This document shows positions 10,674 to 21,396 of a stretch of DNA of 64,000 bases, piece by piece. The stretch is from an uncultured Candidatus Saccharibacteria bacterium (GTDB lineage: Bacteria > Patescibacteriota > Minisyncoccia > Phycocordibacterales > UBA2100). Position numbers and translations under genes: made by a program. How positions within the stretch are numbered: position 1 is the first letter of the stretch; every line of letters begins with the position of its first letter. The stretch lies in contig CAZJEQ010000005.1 in NCBI GenBank assembly GCA_964545165.1, forward strand, positions 7,072-71,071, written 5' to 3'. The notes beneath the pieces are model-generated. The model was not told the DNA's origin and did not search any database. It saw only the letters and a program-made list of their open reading frames with translations.

Positions 10674-11348
10674 ATGCAATCCTACGAAGTCGAAATCAAG
10701 GCACTTCTAGGCACTCCCGAGCGAGCGGACGCACTGCGCGCCGCACTCAAAAAAGAAGATCCTGAGATGCAGCTCACCTCGCAGAATAAACAGCTCAATC
10801 ATTATTTCGAAGGCGGCACGATCGAAGTGCTTGCGAATAATCTCGCCCCCCATCTCGACGATGCAAAGCAAGCGCAGCTCGCGGACATCGCGGCGCGCGC
10901 CAAGGGATTCTCGGTGCGCACCCGCGACAAAGACGGCGCAGTACTGATCGTCGTCAAAGCATCAGTCGGCGATGACACGAGCGCGAACGGCGTGTCGCGC
11001 ATCGAATTCGAGGCAGAGATGCCGCTCTCCATCAATCAGCTTGACGAGATCGTGCTCCAGAGTGGCTTTTCCTACCAGGCCAAGTGGTCGCGCGAGCGCG
11101 AGGAGTATCTGGTGAATGGTGTAAATGTCTGCCTCGATAAAAATGCTGGCTATGGCTACCTCGCCGAATTCGAGCGGGTCGTCGATGATCAGGCCAAGGT
11201 CGCTGACGCCGAAAAGGAGCTGCGTGCCTTTATGACCACCGTCGGTGCGGAGGAGCTACCACAGGGTCGGCTCGAGCGGATGTTTGCCTTCTATAATGCC
11301 AATTGGCCGGAATATTACGGCACGGATAAAATATTTAATATCGACTAG
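10674..11348 (+). CDS. CYTH-domain protein (class IV adenylate cyclase / triphosphatase fold)
   Basis: ORF 10440..11348 trimmed to ATG 10674 (MQSYEVEIKALLG...; ExExK motif). GCTATACT hexamer 8 nt upstream of ATG. Confidence 0.6.
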   Translation: MQSYEVEIKALLGTPERADALRAALKKEDPEMQLTSQNKQLNHYFEGGTIEVLANNLAPHLDDAKQAQLADIAARAKGFSVRTRDKDGAVLIVVKASVGDDTSANGVSRIEFEAEMPLSINQLDEIVLQSGFSYQAKWSREREEYLVNGVNVCLDKNAGYGYLAEFERVVDDQAKVADAEKELRAFMTTVGAEELPQGRLERMFAFYNANWPEYYGTDKIFNID

Positions 11349-11350
11349 CT

Positions 11351-11911
11351 ATGTTTCTCTCTGACATCGACATCGAAAAGAATCTCGCCGAAGGGCGCCT
11401 CACGCTCAAGCCCTTTGATGTGAAGCGCCTCCAGCCCGCGAGCTACGACATCTGCCTCGGCAATAAATTCGTCGTCAACGACGAGCACTCGACGCATTTC
11501 ATCGATCCCGCCAAGAAAATCTACGCCAGGACCCGCGAGATCAACCTCAAAGATGGTGAGGAATTCGTGCTCCACCCGGGGATCTCGGTGCTCGGCACGT
11601 CCAAGGAATACTTCGGCTCCGATCACTTCCTCATCCAGGTCGGCGGCAAATCGAGCCTCGCGCGCATCGGCCTCATGATCCACAACACCGCTGGCATCAT
11701 TAATCCTGGCCACTTCCTCAACATCACCTTCGAGATCACGAATCAAAACAACATTCCGATCATTCTGCGCCCCGGTATGGAAATCGCGCAGATCACCTTC
11801 TCGATGATCTCGTCCCCGACCAAGCAGAACTACAAGAAGACCGGCCGCTTCGCCAAGGACAATTGGAAACACTTCGTGCAGGCGAAACCCAAGAAGACCG
11901 CCAAGAAATAA
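11351..11911 (+). CDS. dcd: dCTP deaminase
   Basis: 186 aa, MFLSDIDIEKNLAEGRLTLKPFD...; dUTPase-fold Dcd family. Confidence 0.85.
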   Translation: MFLSDIDIEKNLAEGRLTLKPFDVKRLQPASYDICLGNKFVVNDEHSTHFIDPAKKIYARTREINLKDGEEFVLHPGISVLGTSKEYFGSDHFLIQVGGKSSLARIGLMIHNTAGIINPGHFLNITFEITNQNNIPIILRPGMEIAQITFSMISSPTKQNYKKTGRFAKDNWKHFVQAKPKKTAKK

Positions 11912-11912
11912 T

Positions 11913-12884
11913 ATGGAAAAGCGCCACCCCGAGTATCAATATCTAGACTTACTGCGGGAGACGCTTGAGCGCGGCGATCAGCAGACAGACAAAGACCACG
12001 GCATCAAGACCTACAGCGCCTTTGGTGCACAGATGCGCTTCGATCTCTCTGAGGGCTTCCCGCTCCTCACCACCAAGCGCGTGTATTGGAAGGGCGTCCT
12101 CCATGAGCTGTATTGGTTTATGTCGGGCCAGTCCAACATCAAATACCTCGTCGACAACGATGTGCACATCTGGGATGACTATCCGTACAAGATTTACATG
12201 GAGCGAGCCGAGAAGGGTGAGGAGTCGAAGATGACCAAGGAAGAATTCATTGGCAAGATCAAAGACGATGCGGCATTTGCGGCAGCGCATGGTGAGTTGC
12301 CGCACATCTATGGCGAATCGTGGCGCCGCTGGCCCGCCAATGATGGCCGCGCAGTAGATCAATTGCAGTGGGTAGTGGATGAGCTGAAGCGCGATCCCGA
12401 TGCGCACAACACGCTCGTGACTTCCTGGAATCCCCCGTACCTGTACTCCATGGCACCAGCCAACAAAGGTGCACGCTTCCCGATCTGCCACAACATGTAC
12501 CAGGTCAACATCAAGCGCGACAAAGTCTGCCTCCAGCTCTATCAGCGAAGCGCTGATATGTTCCTCGGCGTCCCCTTCAACATCGCGAGCTATGCGCTAC
12601 TCACGCAGATCCTCGCGCACATTCTGAAGCGCGAGGCGGGAGAATTCATCCACACCTTCGGCGACTACCACATGTACGATACGCACCGCGAGCAGGTCAA
12701 AGAGCAGCTCGCGCGCGAACCGAAAGCATTTCCGAAGATCTCATTCACCCAAGACTTTGATTCGCTCGATGCCTTCCGCCCTGAATTCGTCTCGCTCGAA
12801 GGCTATGAGCCGCATCCGGGGATCAAGGCGGAGCTCGTAGTGGCGGGTGGATTTAGCAAAAACCTTCACGCGGTGAAAGAATAA
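11913..12884 (+). CDS. thyA: thymidylate synthase (ThyA type)
   Basis: 323 aa; ...FPLLTTKRV...LPPCH-like FPICHNMYQ...DMFLGVPFNIASYALL... Confidence 0.9.
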   Translation: MEKRHPEYQYLDLLRETLERGDQQTDKDHGIKTYSAFGAQMRFDLSEGFPLLTTKRVYWKGVLHELYWFMSGQSNIKYLVDNDVHIWDDYPYKIYMERAEKGEESKMTKEEFIGKIKDDAAFAAAHGELPHIYGESWRRWPANDGRAVDQLQWVVDELKRDPDAHNTLVTSWNPPYLYSMAPANKGARFPICHNMYQVNIKRDKVCLQLYQRSADMFLGVPFNIASYALLTQILAHILKREAGEFIHTFGDYHMYDTHREQVKEQLAREPKAFPKISFTQDFDSLDAFRPEFVSLEGYEPHPGIKAELVVAGGFSKNLHAVKE

Positions 12885-12904
12885 TTATTATTTACGGTAG
12901 CGAT

Positions 12905-14176
12905 ATGAAAAATCAGTACCCATTTATCAAAAAGCAGGATAAGCAAGTCTACGCCGCAATCGAGGGCGAGGAGCAGCGCGAGCGCGAAGGGCTCGAGCTC
13001 ATCCCTTCGGAGAATTACGTCTCGCGCGCAGTGCGTGAGGCCAACGCGTCGGTCTTCACCAACAAATATTCCGAAGGCTATCCGGGCCGTCGCTACTACG
13101 GCGGCCAGACCTACACCGACCACGTGGAGAACATCGCACGCGATCGTGCCAAGAAGCTCTTCAAGGCAGGCTTCGCCAACGTGCAGCCGCATGCCGGTGC
13201 ACCGGCGAATGTCGCGATGTACTTCGCGCTGCTTGAGCCGGGCGACACGGTGCTCGGCATGGATCTCTCGCACGGCGGGCACCTCACCCACGGACACCCG
13301 GTCACCTATCTCACCAAGATCTTCAATTTCGTCCGCTATAAGATGAAGAATGCGGACACCGGAGAAATCGACTACGACGAAAAGCGCAAGGTCGCCAAAA
13401 AAGAGCGTCCGAAGATTCTCCTCGGCGGCTACTCAGCGTATCCGCGCGAACTCGACTACAAGATCATGGCAGATATCGCGCACGAAGTCGGCGCGGTCGC
13501 CGTTATGGATGCGGCACACATCGCCGGCATGATAGCGGGCAAGGCAATGAAGAATCCTTTTGACTATGGATTCGATGTGATTACGACGACCACGCATAAG
13601 ACCTTGCGCGGTCCGCGTGGTGGCATGATCCTCACCCGCGAGAATGAGGAGATCGCCAAGAAAATCGACAAGGCCGTCTTCCCCGGCTTCCAGGGGGGAC
13701 CCCTCATGCACAACATCGCAGCGAAGGCAGTGTGCTTCGGCGAGGCACTCAATCCGAAATTCAAGGTCTACGCCAAACAGGTTCTCAAAAATGCGAAGGC
13801 CATGGAAAAGGTCTTTATCAAAAACGACATTCGTCTCTTGACGGGCGGCACCAGCTCACACCTCTTACTCGCTGATGTGTACGGTAGCTTGGGCATGGGT
13901 GGTCGCGAAGCAGAGACGCTCCTCGACGAGGTCGGCATGACACTCAACATGAATTCCATCGCCGATGACACGCGCAAACCCATGGACCCCTCGGGCATCC
14001 GCTTCGGTACCCCGGCGATCACGACCCGCGGCTTCAAGGAAAAGGATTGTGCACGCGTGGCGGAGCTCATGGTAGAGACACTGAAGAACAAGGACGACAA
14101 GAAGAAGCTCAAAGCCGTCCGCGAAGAAATCCGCAAGATGTGCAAGAAACTCCCCGTCCCTAACTCGTTCGTCTAG
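12905..14176 (+). CDS. glyA: serine hydroxymethyltransferase
   Basis: 423 aa; ELIPSENYVSRAV..., TTTTHKTLRGPRGG PLP-lysine region. Confidence 0.9.
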   Translation: MKNQYPFIKKQDKQVYAAIEGEEQREREGLELIPSENYVSRAVREANASVFTNKYSEGYPGRRYYGGQTYTDHVENIARDRAKKLFKAGFANVQPHAGAPANVAMYFALLEPGDTVLGMDLSHGGHLTHGHPVTYLTKIFNFVRYKMKNADTGEIDYDEKRKVAKKERPKILLGGYSAYPRELDYKIMADIAHEVGAVAVMDAAHIAGMIAGKAMKNPFDYGFDVITTTTHKTLRGPRGGMILTRENEEIAKKIDKAVFPGFQGGPLMHNIAAKAVCFGEALNPKFKVYAKQVLKNAKAMEKVFIKNDIRLLTGGTSSHLLLADVYGSLGMGGREAETLLDEVGMTLNMNSIADDTRKPMDPSGIRFGTPAITTRGFKEKDCARVAELMVETLKNKDDKKKLKAVREEIRKMCKKLPVPNSFV

Positions 14177-14226
14177 CTTGCAGCGCAGCAGACTCCTTGG
14201 CATGATTCCTCAAGCGGAAGGAGGAT

Positions 14227-14511
14227 TTGATGTGCGATATCCACTATCTACACGCGGCCAAAGGCCCGGAAGCGATCATTCGTGCATCGTGGCGGTCGCT
14301 TCCTCAGGAGAATGCTGAGTCGTGGGTCATCAACAGCGCACGTGCGGTCATCGAAGACGAGACGTACCGTGTGCCACCTGATGCTTGGCACAATTACATG
14401 GAGGCCAACGTGCGGACAGAGATGCAATTCGCACGCACGTTCGGCAATGGTCCCGACGGTTTCCTCGACCGCGTGCGGTCGATGGCAGCGGCACGCATCG
14501 AGCACGGATAG
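14227..14511 (+). CDS. hypothetical small protein (94 aa)
   Basis: Complete ORF followed by intrinsic terminator; no recognisable domain. Confidence 0.4.
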   Translation: MMCDIHYLHAAKGPEAIIRASWRSLPQENAESWVINSARAVIEDETYRVPPDAWHNYMEANVRTEMQFARTFGNGPDGFLDRVRSMAAARIEHG

Positions 14512-14524
14512 CACAACGAAAGGG

Positions 14525-14550
14525 AGCGGGCTCCTCGCCCGCTCTTTTCA
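14525..14550 (+). terminator. rho-independent terminator
   Basis: GAGCGGGC-tcct-GCCCGCTC hairpin followed by TTTTCA. Confidence 0.6.
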
Positions 14551-14565
14551 CGTTATACTGCCCCG

Positions 14566-15159
14566 ATGCATATTGATCTCGTCCCCATCGTCCAGATGAT
14601 CGGCTACCCGGGCATCTTCACGATCATCTTCTTAGAGAGCGGTGTCTTCTTTGGATTCTTCTTGCCGGGTGCATCGCTTCTCTTCACGGCAGGCATTCTC
14701 GCCTCGCAGGGCTATTTCAATCCCTGGATTCTCATTCCGCTCGTCACCGTGGCCGCAGCGCTTGGCGACAATGTCGGCTATTGGTTTGGAAAAAAATACG
14801 GCATCAAACTCTTCCTGCGCCCTGACTCACGTTTTTTTAAACACGAGCACCTCGAGCGCGCCAAGAATTTCTACGATAAGTACGGCTCGCGCACGGTCCT
14901 CTTCGCCCGATTTATCCCCATCGTCCGCACCTTCGTGCCCATCGTCGCGGGCGTCGTGCATATGAATTACCGCAAATTTGTCTTCTTCAACATCGTCGGA
15001 GCCGTGGCCTGGGCAGGCGGCGTGACCTCGATCGCCTATTTCCTGGGCACCAATGTGCCGGCGGTGCGAGACTATTTCGGCTACATCATCCTCGGCATCA
15101 TCCTTGTCACCTCGGTACCCGTCATGATCGATATCTGGCGCAATCGCCACAATCTTTAA
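14566..15159 (+). CDS. DedA/VTT-family membrane protein
   Basis: 197 aa; ...GYWFGKKYG...ARFIPIVRTFVP...; TATACT hexamer 6 nt upstream of ATG. Confidence 0.8.
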   Translation: MHIDLVPIVQMIGYPGIFTIIFLESGVFFGFFLPGASLLFTAGILASQGYFNPWILIPLVTVAAALGDNVGYWFGKKYGIKLFLRPDSRFFKHEHLERAKNFYDKYGSRTVLFARFIPIVRTFVPIVAGVVHMNYRKFVFFNIVGAVAWAGGVTSIAYFLGTNVPAVRDYFGYIILGIILVTSVPVMIDIWRNRHNL

Positions 15160-15971
15160 GCCCTTTGCTTGAGGAGCTCGAGACCACCATAGAGGCCACC
15201 GATATCTTCGAGCGAGGAGTGCACGATTTCCGGCAGGCGCGGATATTTTCTGTTGAGTTTCTCGATATAAAATGTGATGCGATCTACCGAGATTCCTACC
15301 TCATTCATCATCGAGCCACCGATCACGATGCGTTCGGGCGACCAATGCACGATGGAATTGTAGAGCCCGTACGCCGCGTATTCGGCGAGGGACTCCCACA
15401 CTTCATGATCCTTGCCCAGCTCGCGCGGGTGCACCCCATATTTCTGCTGCACCGCCTTGCCAGAGAGCACGTCGCCGAGATGCATCGCCTGGCCGTCGAT
15501 AAAAATGTACTGCTCGCCTATTTCGCTGCCGTAGACACTGCGCTCGAGCTGGCCGTCGACGATGCGTGCGGCATTCACGCCGGTGGAGATCGTCATGTAC
15601 ACCACGATCGATGCGCCCTTGCCCGCGCCATGCACCGCTTCGCCGAGACCGACAAGCGCGGTGTCATTGATCGCGTGGACCGTGGCATGGAGTGCACCCG
15701 AGAGATCGTCGACGATAGGTCGGCCGTCCCACTCGGGCATATTGGAATCATGGAGCGATTGCTTCTCCGGCACGATCACGCCGGGGAGCCCGAGCGAGAT
15801 GCCGCGTATTTCTTCGCCCCGCGCGAGATCCTTCGCGATCTGCACGATCTTCGCCATGCCGTCTGCGTAATTGACGGGCGTGTCGATCTTGACCGGCTCG
15901 CCAAAGGACTGCAGGTCGGTGCTTGCCGCGACGCGCGTCTTGGTACCACCAATGTCTGTGAGAATGTACAT
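15156..15971 (-). CDS. ROK-family sugar kinase (glucokinase-like)
   Basis: 271 aa, MYILTDIGGTKTRVA..., ROK fold. Confidence 0.75.
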   Translation of the reverse strand: MYILTDIGGTKTRVAASTDLQSFGEPVKIDTPVNYADGMAKIVQIAKDLARGEEIRGISLGLPGVIVPEKQSLHDSNMPEWDGRPIVDDLSGALHATVHAINDTALVGLGEAVHGAGKGASIVVYMTISTGVNAARIVDGQLERSVYGSEIGEQYIFIDGQAMHLGDVLSGKAVQQKYGVHPRELGKDHEVWESLAEYAAYGLYNSIVHWSPERIVIGGSMMNEVGISVDRITFYIEKLNRKYPRLPEIVHSSLEDIGGLYGGLELLKQRA

Positions 15972-15976
15972 ATCGA

Positions 15977-16945
15977 TTAGGCGATGCGGCGTTTGAAATC
16001 CTCGACAACCGGCACGTCCTCGTCGGGCACCCCGTAGTGAGCAGCGAGCGAGAGCGCCAACCAGTCAGCAATCGTGACGGCTCGGAGCGCCTTCTGGAGG
16101 CCCGCACCTTCGAGCTGCACGTGCTCGACGGGCATGCCCTTCTCCTCAAATACCTCGGATGCGGCCTGCATACGCTTTTGAATGCGCGGATGGTCGCTCG
16201 CATCGTGGAGCATGATCACATGCATATTGGCGGAATTGGCACGGGTCGCATCAACGATGTCGAAGCCGCAGAGCTCGTTGTGATTCATCTCAGGGAAAAC
16301 ATTATAGAAGGCAGGCGCTTTACCGGTCTCGTTGATCTTGATCTTCCACATCATCGTCACGATGGTATTCGCTGCGGAGCCGTAGATCACCGGGACTTTG
16401 CCGTAGAGGCGCTCAGCGAGACGCTTACCTTCTGCTTCGAGCGCGAGCGCATCGATGGCAGTGCCCGCCGCACGAATATCCGCAATGAGCTGCTCATCGC
16501 GCAAGAGCGCGGCGATCGAGAGCATGGAGAGGGCCGTCGCGACACGGGGCTGAAGATCGAGGTGCGGGAAAATGACGTGCGGCACCGCGTGCTCGCGAGC
16601 GAAGTCGGCGAGCTTGCCGCCGGTCGTCACCACTGCGACGGGGAGCGCGCGCGCGAGTGCCTCGCGGCCGCTATCGAGCACTTCTTCGGTGTTGCCCGAA
16701 TGAGAGCTCAAGATCACGAGTGCATTGTCGTACATGCTCTGCGGGAGCTTCGGCAGTCCGTAATCGCGATGAATGATGATTTCGGGGTGATTCCCATAAT
16801 CACGCACAATCGTGCCACCCATATGGGACCCGCCCATACCGCAGACGATCACGAATTGGTAGGACCGCAACGCTTCTGGATGTTCGATGGTGGGCTGCCA
16901 CGCGAATTGTTCTTGAAATCGCCCGATTGCATCTCGCATTGCCAT
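15977..16945 (-). CDS. bifunctional phosphoglucose/phosphomannose isomerase (SIS domain, archaeal type)
   Basis: 322 aa; ...VIVCGMGGSHMGG...SHSGNTEE... Confidence 0.75.
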   Translation of the reverse strand: MAMRDAIGRFQEQFAWQPTIEHPEALRSYQFVIVCGMGGSHMGGTIVRDYGNHPEIIIHRDYGLPKLPQSMYDNALVILSSHSGNTEEVLDSGREALARALPVAVVTTGGKLADFAREHAVPHVIFPHLDLQPRVATALSMLSIAALLRDEQLIADIRAAGTAIDALALEAEGKRLAERLYGKVPVIYGSAANTIVTMMWKIKINETGKAPAFYNVFPEMNHNELCGFDIVDATRANSANMHVIMLHDASDHPRIQKRMQAASEVFEEKGMPVEHVQLEGAGLQKALRAVTIADWLALSLAAHYGVPDEDVPVVEDFKRRIA

Positions 16946-16970
16946 ACTGTTGGTAAATTGGATTGTAGCA

Positions 16971-18920
16971 CTACCGGGACAGGGCGCGCACTTTGTCCAA
17001 ATACTTGAACACAGTCAAGACGTACGCGGCATGTGCCCAAGTAAGCGGGGTCGCACCCACCTGCTCGCCTGTCCGCGGATCGAGCTGCTCAGAAAGGGCT
17101 CCCGAGGGCTGGGCATGTTTTTCCACCCAGGTGAAAATGTCGCGGACCCGATCAAGGTCGTGCTCGTGCTCGGCGGTGTCGATGAGGTATTCCGCGTACC
17201 AGAGTGTCGTGATGACCCACGGATTACCCGGCGCACTCTCGGTGATGCGGTAGTAATCATCATTCTGGAAGCGCGCGAGGCCGCCGGACTGTATGCCGTG
17301 CGACAGCGCACGCACGCTTCCCTCCATCGCCCGTGCGATTTTTGGATCTTCTGCCGCGAGGACGTCAAACGAAAACACGCCGTACACGCTCGAAATATCA
17401 ATCGTACGATCATCCGCCGCATCGGTATTGACCATGTTGAGGAAGGCACCAGCTTTCTCATCCCAGAGATGTTCCATGATCGCGGCACGAATAGATTCTG
17501 AGGCCTCGGTGTATTTCGCGGCATGCTCGTCCTTGCCGAGGATTTTGGAGAGCGCCGCCGCAGCGACGAGCGCGCCGAAGACACTGGCACTCGTAAAGGT
17601 CGAAGAGCCGCGCTTACGCTCCCACAGGTCGTACGACGCCTCCGGCAGCCCTGTCGCTGCAACGCGATAGCGTACGAGAAAATTCGCTGCCTTCTCGATC
17701 AGTGGATTAAACATCGCTTCGAGAAATTCGACATTGCGATTGAGCTGGTAGTGGCGGTAAAAGGCCCACACAACGAGCGCCGTCTCGTCTTCCTGGATCG
17801 GGAGTTGGGGCTTGCCATCCTTGATCCAGGGATGCCAGGACGAGCCGAGCGACTGATCCGGCAGGTATTTGTGCATAAAGTAGCCCTCGCTCGTGATGGT
17901 GTCGCGACAGAACTCAAAGAAACGTTCCGCAGCATCGCGATCTCCTGCGCGATCGAGTGCGAGCACACAGTACGCGCCATCGCGCGGCCAGACATAGCTG
18001 TAGGTGTCGAGGCCATACTGGAGCATGTCGCTATCGAGCGACGCGATGATGCCGCCGCCGTGATCCACCGCTGCTTTCACATAGAGCAGGCTCTTTTTGA
18101 AGAGTGCGATCTGCGCAGGCGTGAGGCCCGTGAAATCGCGGTCTGTCGCATTCACCCATGCATTCCAGTAGCTGCGCGTCGTTTTGATCAAATGTTCCGG
18201 CGACTTTTTGACGACGTAGTCATTGAGCGCTTTGGCCTCGGCGATGGAGCTTCCGGCACAGAGCCAGTAGTACGCGACGCGTGATTGATTCGGTGCGTAA
18301 TTACCATAGAGCCCGAGCACTGAATCCGCCGGTCCGTGCTCAATGGGATTCTTACTGAGCATGCCATCGTCGGCATCGCGATGCGAGCCCTCCTTGCCCT
18401 GAAAATTCGCGCGCCCCGTCGCATAATCATCAAACGGTGTGTTGTCGAGCCGCGCACCGATGAGAAAGACGCGGTGCCCCTTGTAATGCATGAGTGCATG
18501 CGACTCGGGGTCGAAATACGCCGTGTCCGAGCCGTGGGATTTGTAGATCTCGAATTGATGCGCGAAATACAGCTTGATGACGCGATTCTGCGCGCGCTTG
18601 TTGGTGATGGACACACGACGCACCAAAACGGGCTTCTCGTTGTAGACGACGTCGGTAAAGCTGAGCTCGATACCGAGATCAGTATTCGACGCCGTGATCT
18701 TGCTTGCGAGCGCCGCATCTTCGCAGCCGACAACGATCTGCCATTTGGCATCTTCGTTGAGCCAGCTCATGACCCCATCGATCCAGACACCGACGCGGTG
18801 CACATAGTGCCCGCGCACATGATCTTCGAGCCCGACATGCGGGTAGTAGATATCACGCACCAGCGCCTTATCGTCCAGCGCGACACACAACTCTCCATTC
18901 GACAAGATGATCGAGCGCAT
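16971..18920 (-). CDS. glycoside hydrolase family 15 (glucoamylase/glucodextranase-like)
   Basis: 649 aa; ...YSYVWPRDGAY..., (alpha/alpha)6 GH15 signatures. Confidence 0.8.
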   Translation of the reverse strand: MRSIILSNGELCVALDDKALVRDIYYPHVGLEDHVRGHYVHRVGVWIDGVMSWLNEDAKWQIVVGCEDAALASKITASNTDLGIELSFTDVVYNEKPVLVRRVSITNKRAQNRVIKLYFAHQFEIYKSHGSDTAYFDPESHALMHYKGHRVFLIGARLDNTPFDDYATGRANFQGKEGSHRDADDGMLSKNPIEHGPADSVLGLYGNYAPNQSRVAYYWLCAGSSIAEAKALNDYVVKKSPEHLIKTTRSYWNAWVNATDRDFTGLTPAQIALFKKSLLYVKAAVDHGGGIIASLDSDMLQYGLDTYSYVWPRDGAYCVLALDRAGDRDAAERFFEFCRDTITSEGYFMHKYLPDQSLGSSWHPWIKDGKPQLPIQEDETALVVWAFYRHYQLNRNVEFLEAMFNPLIEKAANFLVRYRVAATGLPEASYDLWERKRGSSTFTSASVFGALVAAAALSKILGKDEHAAKYTEASESIRAAIMEHLWDEKAGAFLNMVNTDAADDRTIDISSVYGVFSFDVLAAEDPKIARAMEGSVRALSHGIQSGGLARFQNDDYYRITESAPGNPWVITTLWYAEYLIDTAEHEHDLDRVRDIFTWVEKHAQPSGALSEQLDPRTGEQVGATPLTWAHAAYVLTVFKYLDKVRALSR

Positions 18921-18923
18921 AAT

Positions 18924-20117
18924 TTAAGAGCGTTTCTCGAGGCGCAGGCGCAGGTCCGAGAGGGCGTTCATGTACGAGATGTACGCGTCGTACGGACTCT
19001 CGTAGGGCGAGAAGTAGGCGTGCACATCGCCATCTGCAAACCATTTGGTGCACATATAGTAGAAGTGGTCCGAGGTCTGGAGCTTACGCCAATCCTCCAT
19101 GAGCCGCCCATCGTTGACGCGCATAATCTTTTCTTCCAATCCATAGAGCGCTTCAATCGCCGCCTTCTGCATGGGGTTTCCCACCCACGCCGTGAGGTCG
19201 CGATCGGTATCAGCCCAGGTGACGATGTGCGGCATATCAATCTCATCCTTGGCCTCGTAGCTCTGCACAACCTCCGATGGCGTCTTGAAATCCATGCCGC
19301 CATGTTTGGCGAGCTCGTGCGGCAATTGATCGAGGAACGAAAAGATGCCGGTGTCTTCCCACTGGTGCTCACCAAAGGTCTCGTAATCCATAAAAAGATT
19401 CACCGTGTCACCCTCAGCATCTTTGAGCCAGCCACCATATTTCTCCGGCGTGAGCGGCCACTCGGCCCAATCTCGCGAGGAAAAGCGGAATGCCACATCG
19501 TCCGAGAGTCGATAATTTTTGAGGAGCAGCTTCGTGTGCTGCGTGCCGGTCGGCCGATATACGTAATTGGGCGAGCGCCAGCCGAGTACCGGGTCCCACC
19601 CTTCGGCGAGGATGCCGAGATAGCCCTGTCGATCAGCCCACTGTGCGAGATCATTTCGATACGAGAGCTCGGTATTGCGAAAGACATGCGGGCGCACCCC
19701 GAAGAGGCGGCGAATAATATCGCGATGCTTCGAGACCTGCTGATCGAATTCCGTTGGTGAGTAGAAAAATGAGAGCGAGTGGTAGTAGGTCTCACCGAGA
19801 ATCTCGACGCGCCCCGTGTCGACGAGGCGCTTGAAGAGCTCAATTGCCTCGGGCGCGTAGCGCTCCAGCTGCTCGAGTGCGATACCCGAGAATGAGAACG
19901 AGACTTTCATCTCGGGATGCCGCGCGAGCAGATCAAGGAGCAGTCGGGTCGCTGGCAGGTAGGATTTGCGTGCCACCTTTTCGAGAATGCGGCGGTTGTT
20001 GAGATCACTCTCGGAGCGGTCGTTGAAATATTCTGCGTCGGTGCCTATGTCGAATACGCGATACCTCTTTACCCGGTAAGGCTGATGTACTTGAAAATAA
20101 AAACACACCGATTTCAT
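18924..20117 (-). CDS. glycoside hydrolase family 57 (alpha-amylase/4-alpha-glucanotransferase-like)
   Basis: 397 aa, MKSVCFYFQVHQPYR... Confidence 0.8.
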   Translation of the reverse strand: MKSVCFYFQVHQPYRVKRYRVFDIGTDAEYFNDRSESDLNNRRILEKVARKSYLPATRLLLDLLARHPEMKVSFSFSGIALEQLERYAPEAIELFKRLVDTGRVEILGETYYHSLSFFYSPTEFDQQVSKHRDIIRRLFGVRPHVFRNTELSYRNDLAQWADRQGYLGILAEGWDPVLGWRSPNYVYRPTGTQHTKLLLKNYRLSDDVAFRFSSRDWAEWPLTPEKYGGWLKDAEGDTVNLFMDYETFGEHQWEDTGIFSFLDQLPHELAKHGGMDFKTPSEVVQSYEAKDEIDMPHIVTWADTDRDLTAWVGNPMQKAAIEALYGLEEKIMRVNDGRLMEDWRKLQTSDHFYYMCTKWFADGDVHAYFSPYESPYDAYISYMNALSDLRLRLEKRS

Positions 20118-20146
20118 GGCGTAAGAAGTCTCTGTATTTTATCACC

Positions 20147-21355
20147 CTACGCGAGCACTTCGTGCACGATATCGTCGACTTTGTGCGCGGCATCGGCCCA
20201 GGTGAGCTTGTCGGCTTCGGCGCGTGCGTAGCCGCGTATCGTCTCACCGAGCGCCGGATTGCCGACGACGCCGTATATCTTGTTGGCCATCTCGTCGACG
20301 TCCCAGAAGTCGACCTTGAGCGCGTGCTTGACCACTTCGGAGACGCCGGATTGCTTGGACATAATGACCGGCGTACCAAGCTTCATACTCTCGAGTGGTG
20401 TGATGCCAAACGGCTCCGAGACCGACGGCATCACGAAGAGATCCGCTGCCGTATACATATCGTGCCGATCTGCGCCCGTGAGAAACCCCGTAAATATGAC
20501 ATTGCTCGAAATCCCTAATTCTGCCGACATCTCCATCATCTCTCCTTCCATGTCGCCCGAGCCAGAGACAACGAAGAGCACTTTGGGATTTTTCTCGAGG
20601 ACACGCTGTGCAGCGCGGAGAAAGTAATCAGGGCCTTTTTGCAAGGTAAGTCGCCCGAGAAACAGCACGATTTTGTATCCGGCGTCTTTCAAATTGCGCA
20701 TGCGGCGAGAATCAGCACCGAAGGGCACGATGGACTCATCGACACCATTGTGCACGACGCGGATGCGATGCTCGGGGATGCCGTATTTTTCAATAATCAA
20801 CTGCTTGGTCATTTCGGACACCGCAATCACGCAATCAGCTTCTTCCATGCCTTTTTTCTCAATCATATAGACGTGTGGATTGGCATTCTGCGTGCCGCCC
20901 GCACGATCGAATTCTGTCGCGTGCACGTGCACAATGAGCGGCTTCCCACTCACCCGCTTGGCCTCGAGCCCTGCACCAAAGGAGAGCCAGTCGTGTGCAT
21001 AGATCACATCAAACTGCTCGTCGCGTGCGATCTGAGCACCGGCCGCACGATAGCGATCCACCTCTGCCATCAAATTCGGGCCATACACTTGATAGCCTTC
21101 GCGCGCTCGCACATACGCCTTACTCGAGAGGTAGGGCGAGAGCGCCGAATTAAATACAATCGTCTCGACGCCCTCCACACCGGCAAAAATCATACGCGCG
21201 TACGGCGTCGCGAGCGCAACTTTCTTGGGCATCACAAAGATGATCTCAGCGCCGCGCTCGGCGAGACCACGAGAGAGTCCCTGACAGGCTACCCCGAGGC
21301 CGCCAGAATGAAAGGGCGGAAACTCCCATCCGAACATGAGTATGCGGTTAGCCAC
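20147..21355 (-). CDS. GT4-family glycosyltransferase (glycogen synthase-like)
   Basis: 402 aa; ...EFPPFHSGGLGVA...HDW...E..FGITPLE...; heads the GT4-GH57-GH15-PGI-ROK operon. Confidence 0.7.
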   Translation of the reverse strand: MANRILMFGWEFPPFHSGGLGVACQGLSRGLAERGAEIIFVMPKKVALATPYARMIFAGVEGVETIVFNSALSPYLSSKAYVRAREGYQVYGPNLMAEVDRYRAAGAQIARDEQFDVIYAHDWLSFGAGLEAKRVSGKPLIVHVHATEFDRAGGTQNANPHVYMIEKKGMEEADCVIAVSEMTKQLIIEKYGIPEHRIRVVHNGVDESIVPFGADSRRMRNLKDAGYKIVLFLGRLTLQKGPDYFLRAAQRVLEKNPKVLFVVSGSGDMEGEMMEMSAELGISSNVIFTGFLTGADRHDMYTAADLFVMPSVSEPFGITPLESMKLGTPVIMSKQSGVSEVVKHALKVDFWDVDEMANKIYGVVGNPALGETIRGYARAEADKLTWADAAHKVDDIVHEVLA

Positions 21356-21396
21356 GTTGGTGCAATTTTATCACGCACTGTGCTACCCTTTCCTCC